A program made the position numbers and the translations under genes. A stretch of 64,000 bases of DNA from Octopus vulgaris (taxonomy: Eukaryota), in the NCBI GenBank assembly GCA_951406725.2, contig OX597820.1, positions 86,552,001 to 86,616,000 on the forward strand, read 5' to 3'. Below the pieces are notes generated by a model. The model was given only the letters and a program-made list of their open reading frames with translations, was not told the origin of the DNA and did not search any database. Of this stretch, positions 54,898 through 64,000 are shown one piece after another. How positions within the stretch are numbered: the stretch's first letter is position 1; each line of letters opens with the position of its first letter.

Positions 54898-54920
54898 TGT
54901 ATGTATGTGTACGTATATAT
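46510..54920 (+). repeat. ~8.4 kb block, copy 2
   Basis: Near-identical to 37981-46409; differences are mostly homopolymer and microsatellite lengths. Confidence 0.95.
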
Positions 54921-55375
54921 ATGTATGTATATATATATACATATATATACATATATATACATATATGCATATATACATACATACATATAGATATAGATAT
55001 AAATATATACAAACATACATACATGTATATACATATATATGTATAGATACACACGTATACATACTTGTGTGTGTGTATATATATTATACATATAGATATA
55101 CGTGTGTGTGTGTATACATATACACATACGTATACATACATACATACATGTATATATATACATACATACATGAATACATACATACATACATACATACATA
55201 CATACATACATACATACATACATACATACATACATACATACATACATGCATATACTATAGTTAGAATATATATTGATAAAAGATATTGCTTTAGTGCAGC
55301 GGATTATTTTCTCATGCCTAAAGATTTCCTGCGGGTCATCTTAGTTAAATACCGATATTTCCGAAATAAATCATA

Positions 55376-55421
<46 letters not shown>

Positions 55422-55554
55422 TTCTCTCTCACTCTCTATATCTATCAATCTATCTATCTCATCCTCTCTCTCTCTCTTTCTTTCTTCTTTTCTCCATACA
55501 TAGTGATACACTAACGTAAGCACATATACATACACATGTGTGTGTGTGTGTATG

Positions 55555-55610
<56 letters not shown>

Positions 55611-55724
55611 TATACGTACATTTATATGTTTACATGTATAGACATCCATATATATGTATATATACATATACATAATATGTGTGTGTATATATACACATAT
55701 ATAAAATTGCGTTTTATATTTCAA

Positions 55725-55900
55725 GTAGTTAGGTAGTTGATTATATAATCTTTCTTTAGTCGAGTGCTCATTCCTGGGAATATTCAAAATGTCATGAACC
55801 ATTCATATATAACCGCCATCCAGCAGAGCAGCTTCAAATATTTGTGTCGTAATGAAAGAGTCAGAAAATTACACAGTGGGACCAGTTTTCTTTTCAGACT
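55725..55900 (-). pseudogene. RTE-like LINE ORF C-terminal remnant
   Basis: The minus strand reads LLDGGYI*MVHDILNIPRNEHSTKERLYNQLP (cf. LDGCYTRMLR.ALNI.W..H.TN..LY..LP). Confidence 0.45.
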
Positions 55901-56080
55901 CTTTGATACATTCAACATTCATATTAGGCTGAACCTTTGAAGGGCTAACCTGGCTCTGCTCAAAACACCCCACTATATGCATTACTGCAGAAGCATGGAT
56001 GGATTGGTTCGAGACTTGAGATGGTCTTAATTAGATAAAATTACATGTCATCGTGTGGAACCTATACTGACATAAACATA

Positions 56081-56387
<307 letters not shown>

Positions 56388-57146
56388 ATGTCAGAACAAG
56401 CACAGGAAGACATCACAACAGCAGACCTAAGAATGACACGAAGGCTCATAAGTGGAAATTCTCTAGTAAAGATAGAGTACCAAATGTCTGGCTCGCATCG
56501 CTCCCGCGCGCACACGCAAGGCTAGTTCAGCTATTCAATGAGATTATGAGAGATCCTAAGAAAACACCTGATTGGTTAGCAAGTGGTGTTACTTACCTAC
56601 TTCCAAAGAATAATGAAACCAAATTTCTCCAAAACTATCAACCCATAGCCTGTGTATCTAACACGTATAAAATTTTAATAACCATCCTTGTGGAAAATAA
56701 ATGTGCCTATATGGAACAGAGCGATATTTTCCCCACTGAACAAAAAGGGTGCCAACGGGGATGAAAGGATCAACTTCTAATCAATTGCATGATTCTTGAG
56801 AACTGTCATAACAACCGCAGAAATCTCAGTTCCGCATGAATTGATTATAAGAAGGCCTTTGACAGCATACCGTATTCATGGATCTTGAAATTACTGGATA
56901 TCTTCAAAATTTCTCCTGTGATTTCAAATTTCCTGAAACACATGTCAATGTGGAATACGAATGTCCATTAAAGCCACTCTAATGGAGTACTGAATACAAA
57001 AAATAATAATATCAATTCCAAGGTGACTTATATTCATACTACTCTGATGTGTTTATTTTGATGGTCTACCAATGTATACCGTTAGTTTCTTTGCCCTATG
57101 TGTTGGGAAGACACTCAGCAAGAAATGGAAATAAAATTGAAAGAAG
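56388..57146 (+). mobile_element. R4/Dong-clade non-LTR retrotransposon copy A (RT N-half joined directly to 3' UTR)
   Basis: PDWLASGVTYLLPK..NYQPIACVSNTYKI..EQKGCQRG..KDQLLIN..IDYKKAFDS..FQGD, then a 3' UTR homologous to copy B (ctaccaatg..ttgcccta..gggaagacactc..aagaaatggaa) and (AAT)n. Confidence 0.85.
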
Positions 57147-57155
57147 ATAATAATG

Positions 57156-57229
<74 letters not shown>
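57147..57229. repeat. (AAT)n microsatellite (tail/target of R4/Dong copies)
   Basis: Directly visible. Confidence 0.95.
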
Positions 57230-57231
<2 letters not shown>

Positions 57232-58922
57232 ACTTGAAGGCCTATTGCGCACCGTGAAAGCATTCAGCGATGACATCGGGATGGAGTTTGGACTTGAGAA
57301 GTGTGCCAAGGCCACTTTCCAGAAAGGGAAAGTGAAGACCACAAATTCAGTCGTGTTAGATGTTGACACAGTCATAAGAGAGCTTGAGCAAGAACAAACA
57401 TACAAATATTTAGGGATAAATGAAGGCTCTGGTATTCAGCATGCAAGCATGAAAGAGAAATCAGGAAGGAATGTTATAGGAGAGTTCGTGCAGTCCTGAA
57501 ATCTGAACTAAATGCACGTAACAAGGTGTTAGCTATAAATTCCTTAGCAGTTCCAGTTGTTACTTATAGCTACAATGTGTTGAACTGGAATATGAGTGAA
57601 GTAAAGAATATAGATAGAAAAATACGCAAGCTGCTGAGTTGTAATAGGATGCACCACCCAAAGGCAGACGTAGATCGCCTTTACCTTCCCAGAGCCCAAG
57701 GAGGTCGAGGCCTGATCCAATTTGAACTAGCTTACAAAACAACCACAATTGGACTGGCCAAATATCTCGAAATATCGAATGACTGGATGCTAAAGCTCGT
57801 GGAAAATCACGAGAGACGAAAGAAGCTTCATTCTATCATAAAGGAAAGCAAAAAATTTGCTATTGATCTCGTGCAGGATACCCAAACTGAACAACCCGAG
57901 GGAAGTACGGCAACTATTGTTGCAAAGAAGGTGAAAATGATGGCAATGAAAAAAGCGCACGAGCAATTGGCTGATAGGTGGGAGGAGAAACCTCTGCACG
58001 GCAAATATGTGACCCGCAGCAAACAAGCTGATGTTGACCAGAAGCAAACCCATCAGTGGCTACGGAGCTCAGGGCTAAAAGCAGAGAGCGAAGGTTTCAT
58101 CCTGGCTGCTCAAGATCAAAGCCTATTAACCCGGAACTACCAGGCCAATGTGATGAAAAATGGAGCAGACCCAAAATGCCGATTCTGCAACGACATGATT
58201 GAAACAGTGGACCACCTAATCTCTGGATGTAAAGTCTTAGCACCAGTGGAGTATAAATTAAGATATGACAGAGTTGGCCAATATCTCCACTGGCTAATAA
58301 GTCGGCATTACAATATCAAAACTGCCGACAAGTGGTATAATCACCACCCCGAGGCTGTAACTGAAGGAGAAAATGTAACCATTCTGTGGGACTTTCCAGT
58401 ACATACAGACCGAACCATCAAGGCCAATAAACCAGATATTGTTGTGAAAGACCAAAACAATAAAGTTTGCTTATTGATCGACATGAGCATTCCCTGTGAT
58501 CATAATATCTCAGCGAAAGAGTTTGACAAGCTCAGAAAATATAAAGACCTACTCATTGAAATTGAGAAAATGTGGCATCTCAAGGCGGTTACAATACCAG
58601 TGATCGTAGGAGCACTAGGAATGATCAAGAAGGGAACCGAAAATTATATGAGAATGATCCCTGGCTTACCATCCCTGCAAGAAGTGCAAAAGATTGTCTT
58701 AACTGGTACATCACACGTATTGAGAAGAGCATTGTCGATGTGAGAACTGTTGCTGCTCATGTATTTTAATTTAACTTTAAAAAAAAATTTTTTTTTAAAT
58801 GAACGAACTACTGAGTTTGGTTTAATGGCCTACCAATGAATACTATGAGTTTATTTGCCCTAGGAGTCGGGAAGACACTCGGTAAGAAATGGAAGCAAAT
58901 TTGAAAGAAGAAGAAAAAAAAG
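57227..58922 (+). mobile_element. R4/Dong-clade non-LTR retrotransposon copy B, 5'-truncated, young
   Basis: Starts just after the YMDD region (ELEGLLRTVKAFSDDIGMEFGLEKCAK..YKYLGI). A single 1-bp frameshift at ~57458-57460, then a continuous ORF to TGA at 58743, a 3' UTR and (AAT)n. Confidence 0.92.
57526..58743 (+). CDS. Retrotransposon ORF C-terminal part: RT thumb, CCHC zinc knuckle, restriction-like endonuclease (5'-truncated, no true start)
   Basis: RLYLPRAQGGRGL; EEKPLHGKY; CRFCNDMIETVDHLISGC (CX2CX8HX4C); RYD (RHD-like); KPDIVV..LIDMSIP..KLRKY (PD-D-K); IPVIVGALG. Confidence 0.9.
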   Translation: MLAINSLAVPVVTYSYNVLNWNMSEVKNIDRKIRKLLSCNRMHHPKADVDRLYLPRAQGGRGLIQFELAYKTTTIGLAKYLEISNDWMLKLVENHERRKKLHSIIKESKKFAIDLVQDTQTEQPEGSTATIVAKKVKMMAMKKAHEQLADRWEEKPLHGKYVTRSKQADVDQKQTHQWLRSSGLKAESEGFILAAQDQSLLTRNYQANVMKNGADPKCRFCNDMIETVDHLISGCKVLAPVEYKLRYDRVGQYLHWLISRHYNIKTADKWYNHHPEAVTEGENVTILWDFPVHTDRTIKANKPDIVVKDQNNKVCLLIDMSIPCDHNISAKEFDKLRKYKDLLIEIEKMWHLKAVTIPVIVGALGMIKKGTENYMRMIPGLPSLQEVQKIVLTGTSHVLRRALSM

Positions 58923-58943
58923 TAATAATAATAATAATAATGT

Positions 58944-60216
58944 CAGAATGGTCCTGAATACTGAGCTGAACTCTCATAATAAAATTGTCGCTATAAACTC
59001 CCTAGCGCTACCAGTTGTACAATATAGCCTTAATGTCATCAACTGGAATCTGAGGGAACTCCAGCGTATTGACACAAGGACCAGGAAACTACTAACGTCC
59101 ACAGACATCATGTCCAACGAAAGGAGGGCGGTAAAGCCCTAATCCAACTTGAAACATCTTATAAAACAACTATTATAGGACTCGAAGTTTACATCCAAAG
59201 TAACACCGAGTGGATAATCTAGCTGGTAAGGCAACACAAACATAGTAAGAAACTGCACTCAGTCTCAAAGAAGGCATATAAATACAGACGAGAGGTTAAC
59301 CTCTCTGATTATGATGATGATAAGGAGGACACACCACACACTAAGACGGCAAAATATGTAAAACAAAATCCAAACAGGAAATCTAGAAGGAAATATCGAA
59401 ATCGTGGCAAGAAAAATAATTGCATGTGGAAGCTGATGTAGATAAGAAAAGAACTCATCAGTGGCTGCAGATTGCTAGTTTGAAAACCGAAACAGAAAAA
59501 TTTACCCAAGCAACACAAAATTAGAGCCTCCTTACGCGTAACTATCAAGCTAATGTCACACACAATGAGGTAGACACAAAGTGTAGACTCTACAATTACA
59601 AACTTGTGAGTATTGAACTCGTTGTTGCTGGCTGCTCAGTCTTTGTCCCTGCAGAATATGAAACCAGGCATGATCGAGTCCACCTATACTTGTAACTGGA
59701 GTATATGCAGTCACTATGCACCCTAAGAATTGGTATGAACTCCATCCAGAGCAAATCATTGAGGGAGAGAATGTTACCATTCTCTGCGATTATGTGATAC
59801 ATACAGACAGGCAAGTAAATGCTAACCGACCAGACATCGTCACCAAAGACATAAGACAAAAATAAGCATGCTTGTAAATTGATATGACAGTGCCTACTGA
59901 TAGAAAGATCTCATGAGAGGAATTTGAAAAATTGTCTAAATATAAGTACCTTGAGATTGGGATATTTAGGACGTGGCAATTAAAAGCCTAGACTGTCTCT
60001 GTTGTTGTAGGTGCCCTAGGAATGATCAAGAAAGGTAGTGGCAAATTTTTGGACCACATCTGTGGAAAACCAACAGTCTATGAGACTCAAAACATTTGTG
60101 TTGGCATCAACCGCCCACATCCTCAGGACGTTTTTCTCCATCTAATATACACGTGCCTAAAGTCTCTGGTTGATACTCGGTCGGAAGATGAAATAAAATA
60201 CAAATCAATCGGAAAA

Positions 60217-60218
<2 letters not shown>
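58944..60218 (+). mobile_element. R4/Dong-clade copy C, older and degenerate, 5'-truncated
   Basis: VLNTELNSHNKIVAINSLALPVVQYS..; RPDIVTKD..IDMTVP..EKLSKYKYLEI..VVVGALGMIKKG with many stops; followed by (AAT)n. Confidence 0.88.
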
Positions 60219-60308
<90 letters not shown>

Positions 60309-60321
60309 GTAATAATAATAA

Positions 60322-60380
<59 letters not shown>

Positions 60381-60390
60381 GCAATAATAA
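60218..60390. repeat. (AAT)n microsatellite
   Basis: Directly visible, ~55 units. Confidence 0.97.
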
Positions 60391-60391
60391 T

Positions 60392-60556
60392 CCTGAAATT
60401 TGTGGGGAGGGAACTAGTCGATTATATCGACCCTAGTGTTTCACAGGTACTCAATTTATCGACCCCGAAAGGATGAAAGGTGAAGTCGACCTCGGCGGAA
60501 TTTGAACTCAGAATGTAGCTACGGGCGAAATACCGATTCTGCCAGCTCGCCGCCTT
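60392..60556 (-). mobile_element. SINE family B inserted in (AAT)n
   Basis: tagtcgattatatcgaccc..ggtactcaatttatcgaccccgaaaggatgaaagg..aagtcgacctcggcggaatttgaactc..gccagctcgccgcc. Confidence 0.88.
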
Positions 60557-60671
60557 CAACAATAATAATAATAATAATAATAACAATTTCTTCTTTTAGT
60601 AGTCTGTCCTTTTCTATCTTTTCTAGTCCTTTGTCACATATGCGAGTATGTGCACATAAGTGTCAAAGAAC

Positions 60672-60895
60672 TAGAAAAGATGGAAAAGTACAGAGTACCA
60701 GGAGATGAAATCGCAAGAATATGGACTATGAGGAGAGTGTCTGTCATCCCAGTAGTTGTAAATCACACGGAGCACTAACAACCAAGTTCGAGAAATATAT
60801 CACAGAAATCGAAATTCACATGCGAGCAGAGCATGCCCAAAAAACTGCTCTGCTCTTACATACTAAGTGAAAATAACCAAAAGTATTAGAAATAC
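60672..60895 (+). mobile_element. R4/Dong-like copy D, short endonuclease C-terminal fragment
   Basis: EKMEKYRVPGDEIARIWTMRRVSVIPVVV..GALTTKFEKYITEIEIHMRAEHAQKTALL parallels the copy B C-terminus (KLRKYKDLLIEIEKMWHLKAVTIPVIVGALG..VQKIVL). Confidence 0.7.
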
Positions 60896-61094
60896 AAAAG
60901 CAATTTGATTCCATGTGTACAGCCTTCACTCTAAGAAAAACACTGTCAAATAGAATAACCGACAAATTTTGCAACAAACTTTAAACGAAAACTTAATTCG
61001 CAGTCTTTGGTCTTCTTTCCTTGAAATATATCATTGTTCTCATAAATAACGCCGCCTTTAAAACGTCGGTGAGACTTGAAAGAGCTCGTAAAAC

Positions 61095-61196
61095 GACAAC
61101 TACTACTACTACTGCTACTACTTCTACTGCGATTACTACTTTTACTACTTCTACTAATACTACAATGAAAACAATAGCAACAATAATAATGGTAAC

Positions 61197-61241
<45 letters not shown>

Positions 61242-61245
61242 AATG

Positions 61246-61318
<73 letters not shown>

Positions 61319-61350
61319 CAACAACACACACATACACACACACACAACAA
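61095..61350. repeat. (ACT)n/(GAT)n/(AAT)n compound microsatellite
   Basis: Directly visible. Confidence 0.93.
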
Positions 61351-61679
61351 CAAAAACAAGAACTCATAAAAAGCATATCCTTTTCTATGAAATCTTAGCT
61401 ACAAATGTATTTTTGTTGTCAATAAACACAGCTTTTGTTATAAGGTGTTGAATTTTTGAGATTATTTTTTAACATAAAACGTTTTGTTTTTCTTCATTTT
61501 ATCTAAACATTATTTATATATGAAAACGCTTTTTTTCTTTTGAATTATCTTAGAATTACAGTGATGAGACATACAGCTGTGACAGCATTATCGCAGAGTT
61601 GTTATTGACCTGAATTACTATTTACAAGACTAATCATTCCTTTGAGGCATCAGGTATACTGTGATATACACACACACAT

Positions 61680-61813
<134 letters not shown>

Positions 61814-62380
61814 ATATATATATATACACGTATATATATACATATAAATATACATACACACTTTATTATTAAAGCTGCAAAAACGTCACAAAATTTCATA
61901 GAAAACTGCTACACAGAGTTTTACGTTCTTGTTCATCGGGATAAAAATTGAGGTTGTATGTATAATGTATATTTAGATATGATTTACATTGACAGATGCA
62001 CATTTGAATTTCATTAGTTGTTTCCACTAACGGTCTTTCATAAGTATGCAAGTTGAGACAGTAAATGTACAAATAGAAGTTAAAATTAGAATAAAAAGTA
62101 AAATTACATAAATATCGTGTTGTATAAAGTCGAAGAAAACCTTGAGTAGGAAAAAATCTTGAGTCAAAAAGAAATTTTGAGTTAAAAAGAAATCATTCAT
62201 GTCCAAAGTAAATTAATAAATGGTAAATAAATGAATAATTAATTAATATGAATGTATATGTGTTTTAAAAAAATTTAGCCCATGGGTTGAGAATGCTCCT
62301 TGATGTTAATAAAACAGTAACGGGTTTCTTTTTATATATGCAACTCATACACACACACACATATACACATAAATATACAT

Positions 62381-62440
<60 letters not shown>

Positions 62441-62598
62441 GTAGGTAGGTAGGTAGGTAGGTAGGTAGGTAGGTAGGTGGGTAGGTAGGTAGGTAGGTAG
62501 GTAGGTAGGTAGGTAGGTAGGTAGGTAGGTAGGTAGGTAGGTAGGTAGGTAGGTAGGTAGGTAGGTAGGTAGATAGGCAGGTAGACAGGCAGACTGAC

Positions 62599-62681
<83 letters not shown>

Positions 62682-62740
62682 CAGACAAGCAGAAAGGCAA
62701 GCAGGCAGGAAGGCAGGAAGGCAGGTAGGTAGGTAGGTAG
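62381..62740. repeat. (AGAT)n/(AGGT)n compound microsatellite
   Basis: Directly visible. Confidence 0.95.
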
Positions 62741-64000
62741 TTTATATGTAAATCCTCAATTATGTAATGAACTTACTTGCGTGAACAAAATAAAGCGACT
62801 AAGAAAAATTTGTCTACATTGTTGCCACTTATGAAAAAGAGATGGGAATCTTGCACCAGTTATGAAATTGAATTTGTATAATGACCATTAGGACATACGA
62901 TGACCTTTGGGACATACAACAACTTTTGGGACATATGGTCGTTTCAGGTTAGAAGCAAGGTATATATGTATTTCAGCAATACCAAAAAGGTTAACGAATG
63001 CATAATAGTAATATCAATAGTTGTATGTACACACTCTATGTATGTGGGTGCTTTCCCCACTAATTCACCCATCCATCTAACTCCTCCTCTCACTATTCCT
63101 TGGAAGGCTGTAGCGGTGAAGTCCTCACGGTCCTATAACAAGCAACAGTCATTACAACTTTCGACTGATTCCCAAGCATGACTTACCTGAGACTATGCAC
63201 ATTATCCAAACATCTCATTCTTTGTCTACCCCTAAGTTGACGCGACTTCAGGAATCCATCCGGCGTCTCTTTCCGGCAGTATTCTTATCACATGTCTGTA
63301 CTATCAAAACTGTGACCTTTCAATGCAGAGAGGTAGCGGCTTGACCCGGAGAGATTCCCTGATCCCTGCGCTATGCAACCTGTCGAGTAACGTTACGCCA
63401 GAAAGCCTTCGGAGAAAATCCAAATTTTTCCAATAGTAACTATGTTACCTTCTAATGTTGTTTAATTCGGAAACTGGACATTTTCTTACCCCCTTTTAAC
63501 CTCGCCAGAATTAGTGAAACATTGAATTGTAAGATATCGAAATATTTACTGTAAAGGGGTTTTTATTCCATATGCTCAAAGAATTTCTTGTCTTTACTGG
63601 TGAAAAATTCCACCCGATGAATTTTTACATGCTCTTCAGACTTGTCCATTCAATGATTTTTTTTAGAAACCAATAATACAGGTAAAAATATGTAGGCGCA
63701 AGTTCGGGGCACTATGGACCGAGCGACAAAACTTCGCTGGAATGCCCTAGTACTTTCTGCTGTGCCTGTGAAGGAGTGAGCGGTTTGGCATTGACATGAT
63801 AAAGGACAATACTCTAATGATTAGTAAGTGCTGGACGCTTTGGTTACATTACTGCATTTAATTTGTCCAGCTAGTCACAGTACATATCCGAATTAATGAT
63901 CTCATTCGTGGGAAGAAGCTCTTGAATGACAACACCCTTTCAATTCCACCAAATTGAAAGTATAACCTTCTTCAGAGGAGGTCCTGCTTTAGATGTTGTT

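Noticed and set aside
46510-54920. Treating duplicated SINEs and the Helitron-like element here as independent insertions or a real segmental duplication
   Set aside because: The duplicate begins exactly at a 100-N gap and is near-identical; most likely an assembly artefact.
62880-64000. Complex sequence at the window end, possibly a TE terminus
   Set aside because: No assignable ORF or termini within the window.

Overview
Repeat-dominated, AT-rich eukaryotic (animal) genomic DNA with an extreme density of (AT)n, (AC)n, (ATAC)n, (AGAT)n, (AAT)n and (GAT)n microsatellites. The microsatellite load and SINE families resemble an octopus/coleoid cephalopod genome; this is inference from recognition, not verified. 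Almost all ORFs in the track are microsatellite artefacts and no host protein-coding gene can be supported. The only long real ORF (57526-58743) is the 3' part of an R4/Dong-clade non-LTR retrotransposon (RT C-terminus, CCHC knuckle, PD-(D/E)xK restriction-like endonuclease). It sits in a same-orientation pile of four such copies associated with (AAT)n tracts. Also present: two abundant tRNA-derived SINE families, two kinds of non-autonomous Helitron-like element, a fold-back mariner derivative, RTE and R4 LINE fossils, Penelope-like terminal repeats with degenerate hammerhead-like motifs, and a tRNA-Asp pseudogene. An ~8.4 kb block (37981-46409) is repeated almost identically (46510-54920) across a 100-N gap and is most likely an assembly false duplication. 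I found no convincing new biological system. The best leads concern transposon biology: microsatellite targeting, nesting, SINE tail swapping and a hammerhead-like tandem repeat.
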